From: Azolla caroliniana | Lineage: Eukaryota; Plantae; Polypodiophyta | Direction: 5' to 3' | Assembly (NCBI GenBank): GCA_043228905.1 | Contig: JBHGNT010000006.1 | Coordinates: 19,344,001-19,408,000, forward strand | Length of the DNA: 64,000 nucleotides | Shown: piece after piece, positions 23,303 through 33,247 of the stretch | Numbering within the stretch: the first letter of the stretch is position 1 | Layout of the letters: every line of letters begins with the position of its first letter | Notes under the pieces: generated by a model | What the model was told of the DNA's origin: nothing | Seen by the model: only the letters and a program-made list of their open reading frames with translations | Databases searched by the model: none | Program-made: the position numbers and the translations under genes

Positions 23303-23731
23303 TGTCAGGGACATGCCAAGTGCGCACTAAGACGGAGCACGGATGATGAGGCTACGACGAAGGGATGACCGGATGACACAAGAACATAAAGATAGAGATG
23401 AAGATTAAGGAGAGAAGATGGGTGAAATGAGAATACTAGATTGATATGTCCATGACTGGCATTGTTCACCTTGAATTCCTTCAAGGTGAACTCAACTATT
23501 TATACTAAGTGGCATGCATACCTATTGCAAGCATGTGATACAATAGAGCATGTAGGTAGTACGTACACATGCATGTGCCAAGTGTTAATAATACAAGGGA
23601 GAAATTATGCACATGATGCTAGCTAAAACCTACAACGAGGAAGTATATGTAACATGATTATATGCTAGATGTGTGGTTAACACATAACACTCGATTATAA
23701 CATGGTCATGTCAAGAGTTCAAATCTTGACA
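23303..23731 (-). repeat. Solo LTR related to the D family (429 bp)
   Basis: TG...CA; shares TGTCAAGATT start, TATAAAT and GTTCACCTTGAA hairpin with D; degenerate TSD CCCAT/TTCAT. Confidence 0.8.
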
Positions 23732-24479
23732 TTCATGAGGCGATCGTCCTTTCGATGGGCATTACCGGCTTTTGTCCATACATAAGCTCTGTTGGCATAT
23801 ACCATGTCACTGAACTATGTGTAGTTCTGTCGGCCCACAAGGCATAAGGCAATAGTCATGGCCAATTCCCGACTCGAACATTGCATGCTCGTACGATGGA
23901 TTTGATGATTGGTCCTGTCATAACTAGACTCGAACCCATAACCTTTTGTTACACGGGTCGAGACTTTACCATTAGGTTATAAATTGTAATTTGAAGGATA
24001 TTATTTTCATTTAGGTTTTATTGGGAAATTGATGTATATTCCAGATTTCTCTGGAACATTCTAGAAACTTCAGGAGTATTCCTGAAGACACTATAAAAGG
24101 AGGCGCAAGGCATTAGTTCGAACCAAATCGGTTCAACGCCAGTCTTAAGCCTTCTAACTACTGTTGTATATCTTCCTTCATATAATACATATACCTTTCG
24201 CATCATCATTCTCTCTCTCTCTCTCTCCCTCTCTCTCTCTCACTCACCCATTCCTTCTCTCAAAGTTCGACACCTCTCATAGTACTAATCCTTCTCTGTC
24301 TTAGTACTATTCCCCGACAATAGTACTAATCCTTCTTTTAGTACTAATTCCTTCTCTGCCTTAATAGAGTTCCTGACAGTTTGAACCGATTTTTCGGTGC
24401 CTGTCTGGTCTTTTCTCTCCCTCTTCCTTCTGTCTCCCTCCTTTCCTATTAGTCTCTTATTTTCCTTTTCCTTCATCCC

Positions 24480-25646
24480 ATGGCCACCGTTAGCGCTGAA
24501 GAGTATCAATCCGTTTTCTCGGAATTTCAATGCTTGAAAGAGAAGTTTCATGCTTTGGAACAAGAAAATCAACGCTTGTTGGGGGATCTTCAGCAAATTT
24601 CCTTAGAAAAGCAGCAAACGCAACAACAGCATGGGGAACTTGCGTTACGCGTGCAACAACTCGAAGCAACCATCGTAGCAATGCAACAACAAGGGCACGG
24701 AGTACAAGGGATTCATAAAGAACCCAAGATTGGCCTTCCCACGAAGTTTGATGGAACGCGATCGCAGTTTAGAGGGTTTCTTAACCAGGTACGGTTAGTT
24801 ATTCAAATGCATCCGTCCCGATATCCCACCGATGCATCACGAGTGGGTTTAGTAGGCACGTTGTTAAATGGCTCAGCATTAGCATGGTTCGCTCCGCTAC
24901 TAGAAAAGGAATCTCCAGTACTAAATAATTTTGAAGAATTCATAAATGAGTTTAAAGCATGTTTTGGAGATACTGACAGCATAAGGACTGCAATCAACAA
25001 AATCCGGCGATTACGCCAAGGTGACCGTCCAGCCTCCGCATATGCTGCAGATTTCCGCCTACTCGCCGCCGATATCCCCTGGGATGATCAAGCATTGATG
25101 GAGCAGTTCCGCTATGGTCTACGCAACGATGTCAAGGATTTACTCTTGACTTTCCCTGAAGAGCCAAAATCATTAACAGAAGCAATCAGTCGAGCGGTCA
25201 GATGTGACAACCGCCTCTTCGAGCGACGTTCGGAACGACAATTTCAGATGCCGAGGGCAAGATCCGAGCCTACCTATGCCTCAGTGGTAGCAAAACCTTT
25301 TCAAAGGGAGTCACATAATGCGCCTCCAGTAAGTACTCCAACTCCAATGGAAATTGACACTACACGTCGTCGTGGGCCGCTATCGGAGGAGGAAAAGCAA
25401 CGACGCCGAACAAACCGATTATGCCTTTATTGCGGTGGACCAGGGCATATCGCGATAAACTGTCCCCATAGACCAAGAAGGAAGGTAAACCAAGTCGTTG
25501 TTAGTTCTGACTATACTAAACCCGAGTCTATTTCAGTAGGAATCTCTGATAGTCCTCATAGTCATAGTCCTAATAGTACTAATAGTCCGAATCTCGCAAA
25601 CAAATTTGATGTCCTTAGCCAATTAGAAGAAGAGTTAAACGACTAA
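24480..25646 (+). CDS. gag: Gag of B (388 aa; coiled coil, capsid, CLYCGGPGHIAINC)
   Basis: Intact ORF with retrotransposon gag motifs. Confidence 0.96.
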   Translation: MATVSAEEYQSVFSEFQCLKEKFHALEQENQRLLGDLQQISLEKQQTQQQHGELALRVQQLEATIVAMQQQGHGVQGIHKEPKIGLPTKFDGTRSQFRGFLNQVRLVIQMHPSRYPTDASRVGLVGTLLNGSALAWFAPLLEKESPVLNNFEEFINEFKACFGDTDSIRTAINKIRRLRQGDRPASAYAADFRLLAADIPWDDQALMEQFRYGLRNDVKDLLLTFPEEPKSLTEAISRAVRCDNRLFERRSERQFQMPRARSEPTYASVVAKPFQRESHNAPPVSTPTPMEIDTTRRRGPLSEEEKQRRRTNRLCLYCGGPGHIAINCPHRPRRKVNQVVVSSDYTKPESISVGISDSPHSHSPNSTNSPNLANKFDVLSQLEEELND

Positions 25647-28600
25647 GTCCAGCCAAAATAGGAGCCGTTTGGTTGGACAGCCCTAGATCTGTGCAGCCCA
25701 TTAGTGGTTCCATTCCCTCTAAGCAAGTTAGTGATGTGTTCGTAGCCCAAGTAGCAGTTAGTACTAAAAGTACCCCTCCAGTACATACCTTAGCCCTTCT
25801 AGATTCCGGAGCTAATTCTTGCTTCATGGATAGGAATTTTGCCCGAGCTCATCAGATATCTCTCAGAAAGCTCCCATGTCCAGCCTCAGTAGTAGTCATT
25901 GATGGTCGTCCCATTGCTTCTGGTAATATCATAGAAGAGTCGGAACCCGTTAATATTGTCCTAGATAACTTAACATGTGTAGTATCATTTAATATTATTA
26001 GTATTCCAGAACATCCCATAGTTTTAGGATTACCATGGTTCGAGTTACATAACCCAGACATAGATTGGAGGACAAGGGAAATCCGGTTGCGACAAACCCA
26101 AGGATCTACCCAGAAGGTTGCAACCATTTCGCTACGTCAGTTGCGTGAGGAAGGGCGCAAGGAGGAAATGTTTCTCTTCGCAATATCAGTACAACCCTCC
26201 AGTAACACCAAAGAGGAGTCCACCGTTCAACTTCCCGAGAAGTATCGTCAGTATGCTGATGTGTTCGATAAAGTACAAGCCAACACACTTCCTCATCATC
26301 GGCCGTACGATTGCGCCATCGACTTACAACCGGGAAAAGAGCCGCCATGGGGGCCGATCTACAATTTGTCACCAACCGAGCTAGAAGTCCTTCGAGCCTA
26401 TATAGAGGAGAATTTGGAGAACGGTTTCATTCGGCATTCGAAATCTCCAGCCGGCGCACCCATTTTCTTCGTCAAGAAAAAAGATGGCTCGCTTCGACTC
26501 GTTGTAGATTACCGTGGCTTGAATAAGGTCACAGTAAGAAATAGGTATGCTCTTCCCCTTATCTCAAGTCTTTTAGAACGGATCAACGGTGCCAGGTTCT
26601 TCACGAAGATCGACTTACGAGGAGCCTATAACCTCGTACGGATCCGACCAGGAGATGAATGGAAGACCGCGTTTCGCACCAGATATGGGCACTTCGAGTA
26701 TACGGTCATGCCGTTCGGACTCACTAATGCGCCGGCAGTCTTCCAGCACATGGCGAATGATATATTTCGAGATCTCTTGGATGATTTTTTGATCATCTAT
26801 TTGGATGATCTACTGGTTTATTCAAAGACCCAAGAAGAACATGATTCTCATGTACTATTAGTACTAAAACGACTTCGAGAACATGGTCTGTATGCAAAGT
26901 TAGAGAAATGTAGTTTCGGGTGCAACCAAGTGGAGTTTCTCGGCTATGTCATCTCCTCAGAAGGCATATCTATGGACCCAGCCAAGGTCAAAACGGTGAT
27001 AGAATGGCACACTCCGCGTTCGGTGCGGGATGTGCAATGCTTCCTAGGCTTTGCAAATTTTTACCGGAAGTTCATACAAAATTACTCAAAAATTGTGTTG
27101 CCTCTCACACAGCTCACCAGGAAGGGACAATCATTCCTTTGGTCTAAAGAGACGGACATGGCTTTCGAGAGTCTTAAGAAGGCGTTTACATCAGCTCCAA
27201 TTTTAGGTCATGTGGATCCGGAAAAACCATTCATTATCGAAGCTGACGCATCGGATTTCGCATTGGGGAGCATTCTGTCACAACAGGGTAACGACGAGAA
27301 GCTACATCCTGTGGCTTTCCACTCCCGTAAGTTTGACGCCGCCGAAATCAACTACGAAATTCATGATAAAGAGCTATTAGCAATAGTTGATTCTTTTATG
27401 CAATGGAGGCATTTCCTGGAGGGATCTCCTCATCAGGTCACTGTATTCAGTGACCACAAGAACCTTGCCTACTTTCAAGATGCTCGTGTACTGAATCGAC
27501 GTCAAGCTCGGTGGGCCCACTTCCTCACACACTTCGACTTCAAAATTACATATCGTCCGGGGAAGCACCAAGGGAAGGCAGATGCATTATCACGGCGTTC
27601 GTATCTAACACCACGTCCTGGTGAGCCAGCTTTCGATAACCAGAAGCAAGTAATCTTGGGTCCAGCACGACTGCAAGCAGCACAGGTCTTTGACATGCCC
27701 GTGGATTCCGACATTACCAATACTATACGTGAGGACTTGAAGACTGACGCTTTCGCCCAAGCTATACTAGCACAAATTGACCCCTCTCGAGCGTCATGTT
27801 CACAATCACAATCACCAGGTACGGATTATCGGCAATTCAAATACTGTGATGGATTACTCTTCTTTAAAGAACTTTTGTATGTTTCTAATGGTTCTTGCCG
27901 CCTTCGAGTAGTACAAAACTGCCATGACACATATACAGCAGGACATTTTGGTAGTACTAAAACATTAGATTTAGTACAACGATCATTCTGGTGGCCCCGT
28001 ATGCGACAATTTGTCGAAGATTTTGTTCGGACTTGCGATACATGCTGCAGAGCGAAAATGCCAAGACATCATCCATATGGTTTATTAGAACCATTACCAA
28101 TTCCAAGCAAGCCATGGCAATCCATTGCTCTTGACTTCATTACAGATCTTCCAGTCTCCAAGGGATTCAGTGCGATTCTCACAGTGGTGGATCGATATAC
28201 AAAGATGGCTCATTTCTTACCATGTACTAAAGAAATATCTAGTGAAGACACCGCCGAAATTGTCATGCGGGAAGTATGTCGGCATCATGGACTCCCTGAT
28301 AATATCATTAGCGATCGTGGACCTCAGTTTGTGTCAAAATTCTGGAAGCACCTTTTTAAAATGCTGAAGGTCACTTGTCACCTCTCCTCCGGCTACCACC
28401 CACAAACCGACGGTCAAGCTGAACGAACAAATCAAACACTGGAGCAGTATCTGCGGTGCTTTCTCAACTATCATCAGAATGACTGGGCAGATATTCTTCA
28501 GTTCGCCGAATTTGCCTATAATAACGCTATCCACGCATCGACTAAAGTCACGCCATTCTACGCTTATACAGGATATCATCCCCGGTGGTGTGTCCTTGAA

Positions 28601-29230
28601 ACCCCAGAAGTGTCCACAAATCCTTGCGCGGAGGATCGTTTGGAGCGGTTACGCAAGATACAAGCGGATTTATCTACTCAACTCCAGCAAGCTCAACAAT
28701 CACACAAGGACTACGCAGATCGTCATCGACTTCCATCCAGTTTTAACATTGGAGATCGGGTGTGGCTGCTACGACGACACATCAAGACTACTCGCCCATG
28801 TGAGAAGTTGGATTATCGGCGATTAGGTCCTTTCCGTATTATCGGGAAGATTAATGATGTCGCTTTTCGTCTCGAGCTACCTCCGCAACTTCGGATACAT
28901 CCGGTGTTTCATAGTTCTCTCCTCGAACCCTATCACGAGAGCACTATCCCAGGACGTACTATACAACCACCACCTCCTATCGAGCTCGAAGATGGACCTG
29001 AGTATGAGGTCGCTGCCATCCTCGATTCCAAGATTGTTCGCAACAAGCTCTACTATCTAGTCGATTGGCTAGGATATAGTCCCAGCGAGCGTACTTGGGA
29101 ACCGATCGAGAATGTGACCAATGCTCGTGCTCTTCTAGAAGACTTCCATCAACGATATCCCGAGAAACCGGGTCCTCAATCCAAAACGACTCGTGGAACT
29201 CGTCGTTTTAAAGGGGGGATAGTGTCATAA
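25640..29230 (+). CDS. pol: Pol of B (PR-RT-RH-INT-chromodomain), in the -1 frame relative to gag
   Basis: LDSGA, YLDD, ADASD, HHCC, GPF, YEVAAILDS...YLVDWLGY...TWEP; frame open from the G_TTA_AAC site. Confidence 0.96.
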   Translation, partial: RLSPAKIGAVWLDSPRSVQPISGSIPSKQVSDVFVAQVAVSTKSTPPVHTLALLDSGANSCFMDRNFARAHQISLRKLPCPASVVVIDGRPIASGNIIEESEPVNIVLDNLTCVVSFNIISIPEHPIVLGLPWFELHNPDIDWRTREIRLRQTQGSTQKVATISLRQLREEGRKEEMFLFAISVQPSSNTKEESTVQLPEKYRQYADVFDKVQANTLPHHRPYDCAIDLQPGKEPPWGPIYNLSPTELEVLRAYIEENLENGFIRHSKSPAGAPIFFVKKKDGSLRLVVDYRGLNKVTVRNRYALPLISSLLERINGARFFTKIDLRGAYNLVRIRPGDEWKTAFRTRYGHFEYTVMPFGLTNAPAVFQHMANDIFRDLLDDFLIIYLDDLLVYSKTQEEHDSHVLLVLKRLREHGLYAKLEKCSFGCNQVEFLGYVISSEGISMDPAKVKTVIEWHTPRSVRDVQCFLGFANFYRKFIQNYSKIVLPLTQLTRKGQSFLWSKETDMAFESLKKAFTSAPILGHVDPEKPFIIEADASDFALGSILSQQGNDEKLHPVAFHSRKFDAAEINYEIHDKELLAIVDSFMQWRHFLEGSPHQVTVFSDHKNLAYFQDARVLNRRQARWAHFLTHFDFKITYRPGKHQGKADALSRRSYLTPRPGEPAFDNQKQVILGPARLQAAQVFDMPVDSDITNTIREDLKTDAFAQAILAQIDPSRASCSQSQSPGTDYRQFKYCDGLLFFKELLYVSNGSCRLRVVQNCHDTYTAGHFGSTKTLDLVQRSFWWPRMRQFVEDFVRTCDTCCRAKMPRHHPYGLLEPLPIPSKPWQSIALDFITDLPVSKGFSAILTVVDRYTKMAHFLPCTKEISSEDTAEIVMREVCRHHGLPDNIISDRGPQFVSKFWKHLFKMLKVTCHLSSGYHPQTDGQAERTNQTLEQYLRCFLNYHQNDWADILQFAEFAYNNAIHASTKVTPFYAYTGYHPRWCVLETPEVSTNPCAEDRLERLRKIQADLSTQLQQAQQSHKDYADRHRLPSSFNIGDRVWLLRRHIKTTRPCEKLDYRRLGPFRIIGKINDVAFRLELPPQLRIHPVFHSSLLEPYHESTIPGRTIQPPPPIELEDGPEYEVAAILDSKIVRNKLYYLVDWLGYSPSERTWEPIENVTNARALLEDFHQRYPEKPGPQSKTTRGTRRFKGGIVS

Positions 29231-29784
29231 CTAGACTCGAACCCATAACCTTTTGTTACACGGGTCGAGACTTTACCATTAGGTTATAAATTGTAATTTG
29301 AAGGATATTATTTTCATTTAGGTTTTATTGGGAAATTGATGTATATTCCAGATTTCTCTGGAACATTCTAGAAACTTCAGGAGTATTCCTGAAGACACTA
29401 TAAAAGGAGGCGCAAGGCATTAGTTCGAACCAAATCGGTTCAACGCCAGTCTTAAGCCTTCTAACTACTGTTGTATATCTTCCTTCATATAATACATATA
29501 CCTTTCGCATCATCATTCTCTCTCTCTCTCTCTCCCTCTCTCTCTCTCACTCACCCATTCCTTCTCTCAAAGTTCGACACCTCTCATAGTACTAATCCTT
29601 CTCTGTCTTAGTACTATTCCCCGACAATAGTACTAATCCTTCTTTTAGTACTAATTCCTTCTCTGCCTTAATAGAGTTCCTGACAGGTCCATGCCATCGC
29701 TCGAGCTTCCCATTCACTTCTGGATTATAGGAAGTCGTGAGGGAGAGCTTCATGCCTAGTCGTTCGAAGACCTCCGTTGCTTCG

Positions 29785-30603
29785 TGTTGGGAGACAGGTC
29801 CCTCCGGATGAGGAGTACCCGGCTATGGAGAGCCGGATGGTGCAGGCCCAGTGAGAACCGGATGAGGAGTACCCGGCTATGGAGAGCCGGATGGTGCAGA
29901 CCCGGTATGGACCGGATGAGTACCCGGATACAGAGAGCTGGATGGTGCAGACCCGGTATGAACCAGATGAGGAGTACCCGGCTACGGAGAGCCGGATGGT
30001 GCAGACCCGGTGTGAACCGGATGAGGAGTACCCGGCTACAGAGAGCCGGATGGTGCAGACCCGGTGAGAACTGGATGAGGCGTACCTGGTTACGGAGAGC
30101 CGGATGGTACAGACCCGGTGAGAACCGGATGAAGAGACATATTTGTAAATATGTTTCTGAGAGTCCATCGAGGCTATATTTGTAAATAGCCGAAAAGTCA
30201 TATTAGTATAAATATGACTTAGGGCAAACTTTTAGTAATTGTTGTTGTTGTTGTTGTTGTTGTCATTCCTATTTTTGCACGAGATTAGAGCGTGTAACAG
30301 TGTACAAAGAGAGAGAGAGAGAGAGAAAGAGGTTGCTGCCTCTGTTGTAACCGCCGCCTATGGTGAAGATCGTGAGCACGAGGTCGTTGCCTCCGTGAAC
30401 TCACTGTTTGTACATTCCAATATAGTGATAGTTTGTAGCCTGTGGGCTGCCGTGGTTTTTCCCTCATTTTGGGTTTTCCACGTAAACATCCTATCTACCT
30501 TTTTCTCTCCTTTGTGTCGTGCATTTGTTTCCCATTTTCTGTGTATGATCCTAAGCTCGGTTGTGGCCGAGCGTTGCGCAAAGGGAGCGTTGAGTTCCCG
30601 TCA
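29785..30603 (+). repeat. Copia solo LTR related to G (819 bp), TSD CTTCG
   Basis: TGTTGGG...CCGTCA; shares GGTCCCTCCGGATG and the TATA region with the G LTR. Confidence 0.88.
29804..30132 (+). repeat. 6 x ~54-bp tandem array in U3 of the solo LTR
   Basis: Unit CCGGATGAGGAGTACCCGGCTAYGGAGAGCCGGATGGTGCAGACCCGGTGAGAA. Confidence 0.92.
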
Positions 30604-31885
30604 CTTCGTGTGCATCCAACTCCCCTCGGCCGGCCACTATCTTTCCCACACATCCATATTGGCAGACAACCTCTTCGAGTAGAAATTTGCAAACTACTGA
30701 CGTCGTCTTATTTTTCAAGGCCCGTCCTTCTACTTGATTTGTCAAGTCTTCTCTTGCTAGAGCTAAGTACTTCATTTGTCCCACTCCCATTCGCATCGAG
30801 ACCAGATCCACCATCCATTTGAAGTGTATGGTGAGCGGGCATGTCAGTCGTAGCTCATCACGATGACGTATATTTGAATGTACTTGGCAAATTTCACATG
30901 TGGACACGAAATGGAGTACATCTTTGTACATGCTTGGCCACTAGTACTTCTCCTTCAACTTTTCGAATGTCGCCCATGTTCCTCTATGACCTGCCCAAGG
31001 ACTCTCGTGGAATTCGGTCATCAACGTCACTTGCTCTTCTTTCTTTACCACCAATCGTCGTGGCATTCTTGAGCTTCTTTTTGGGTATCTCCCAAGGAAT
31101 CCTACTCTCAAGAAGTATTGGTAAGCTTTCTTCCGAATTCGTAGAGCTTCCTCCTTCGTCAATGAAGCATCCGTCATCATTGTTCTTAAGAATCTGTCGA
31201 TCAGTAACCACTCTCCTTCATACTCGTCCTCATTGAAGGCGTGGAGGGTTAGCGTGTCCTTGTCTTCCGCCAATAGTCGGGCCATCTTGAAGAAGTTGAG
31301 GGTGACGACTTCATCTTCCGAAACCATGTCACTTTCATTCTCAAATCTCGCCCTTGATAGCATGTCAGCCATGGCATTCTTCTTTCCTGCAATGTGGTGG
31401 ATCTCTGAACTTAAAGACTTGATATAGGTGATTCACCTTAGCATAGCTAGATCTGGGGTCACACATCCTGAGATCATCCCGGGGATTGTGAGACAATCTG
31501 TCTCAATTATCACTTCCGACATTTGTATGCTTAGTGTTGCCAACCCGGACCATGTTGTCTTCCCTTCTTGAAGCTCGACGACCTGACTTTGGACGTTCTT
31601 GGCAACCACTCTCTTGAAACTTATGATTTGACGTGCTTCAAATACGTCCCTTTAATTCATCTCCCTTTTGTATGCATCAATGAACTTTGTAATGTTCCTT
31701 CCGTCAAATTGACCCTCGAGCTCCACGACAAGGTCGACGGCCTTCTCCACACTCGCATTGTTGTCTCAAGATCTCATCATTTGTTCGATGATTAGCATCA
31801 TCCTTTCGAACACTCCTGCTTGATTTCTTGAAGATGCCATCTCCAAGTATCGGTTGATCCTCGATTTGATCCTTCGACCGCCTCT

Positions 31886-31903
31886 TTCACGTCGGGTTCA
31901 CCA
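31886..31903 (-). promoter_or_regulatory. tRNA-Trp PBS of X2
   Basis: Plus strand TTCACGTCGGGTTCACCA matches the 3' end of plant tRNA-Trp(CCA) as I recall it; 8 nt from the LTR. Confidence 0.75.
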
Positions 31904-33247
31904 CTTAATTAGGTCGTGAAGATCCGTCACTACGTGCGGCTTGTCAAGCGGAACCGCCAGGGTTCTGGACCGAAAGGACTCAAAATTTGCACTAGCTTTA
32001 GCGAGAAAGGATTTAAGATAGATTGAAAGAGAGAGAGATTGAGATAAGATAGAACGCCTAACTTTAGATTGAGAAAGATTGAAATGGAGAAAAGAGATTA
32101 AGATTGAACCCTTTACTTTAGATTTGAGGAACAAGATATCATCAATTGGATGACAAATTTTCTTCTTAATATTAATTTTGATATAAAGTACAAAGCTTGC
32201 TTCATTAATCCCTAGCCCCCCTTTTTTCTTCTTCATCCACTCTTTTATAGACGCCCCCATGCATGTGAGGGTACAAGACATGCATACAATGCATGGAATG
32301 CATGTGATGCATGTTTGCCATTTCGCGCTCATGCATTACATGTGATGCACGATAACCATGTCACTCAATCAAGATCTAATATGAGAATTTACATGTAAAA
32401 GTATAGTAATAGAAAAAACATTTTAAAGGAAATGACTAAGCTTAGTGGTAAGTCTATTGTCTCCTATTTTGGAGGTGCAAGGTTCAAGCCTTGCTTGCAT
32501 CCCTTTGATTACAAATTTCTAATAGGTTTTTTAGTCTAGATGATTTTGTTCATTTCACGCCAAAATCGTCGCGATCAACCTATCCAATCGATCCGTCTAT
32601 CCGGTTCGCTTCCGACCCAGTGATCCAGTCTATCCGGTCTGGTTCCATCGTCGTCCGGTTCCGGTTCAGTCACCGTCGCCATTTGGTTCCGATTCCGGTT
32701 CTATCGCCGGTGTCGGTTTCGGTTCCGTCGTCGTTTGTCCGGTTCCAGTTTTAGCTCCGTCGTCTGGTCACCCAAAATCATTCCGAGTAGTTAAGCCATA
32801 GTTTAGCTAAGAACATTCTATGCTCCACTCATAAACAAAAAGTAATAAGTTTTGGCTCTGCTTATATACTGTGGGATCCTGATTTGTCCTATCTATGTGG
32901 GATGTCTCACAGTTTTTGTTTTTCTCTTCTTCTTCTCAAACTTCACACTCACATAACTTGACACTAAGTTGTCCATTTCACATGTAGTAAAATGCATTCG
33001 GAAGCTCTTGAAGACATCCATCTTTTCGTACCAAGATAGAAAATAATATCTTCATTATTATTGTTTCATATTGTGTGTGAAGAACCACACTCAATTTTGT
33101 ACATTCCATGCAATTTCACACTGTTGCCGAAAATATTCACGATAACGTCGAGGAACATTATCGGATGTCGAAAAGCAACGACATCGAGTAAATCGTCTAT
33201 GCCTCTATTGTGGTGGTCCACGACATATTGTTGTGAATTGTCCACAT

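Larger units (their letters stand above)
23916..29685 (+). mobile_element. Element B: intact, very recent Tcn1-like chromovirus
   Basis: 463-bp LTRs 23916-24378 and 29223-29685 with no difference seen; TSD GGTCC; self-priming PBS 24381-24392; open gag and pol. Confidence 0.97.
21323..33144 (-). mobile_element. Element X2: long-LTR, tRNA-Trp-primed non-chromovirus gypsy element, PR-RT deleted, 4-bp TSD ACGT
   Basis: 3' LTR 21323-22750, 5' LTR 31912-33144; PPT GGTGGGGGTGGA; INT (WAGHRG...CEICQ; YNPEVNGKLE; LPYALWADR) split by three insertions; gag joined to RH near 31520. Confidence 0.88.

Noticed and set aside
29804-30132. CRISPR-like array
   Set aside because: Contiguous tandem units without unique spacers, inside a eukaryotic LTR, with no cas genes.
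31886-31903. tRNA-Trp gene fragment
   Set aside because: Only the 3' 18 nt including CCA are present, next to an LTR, so it is a PBS.
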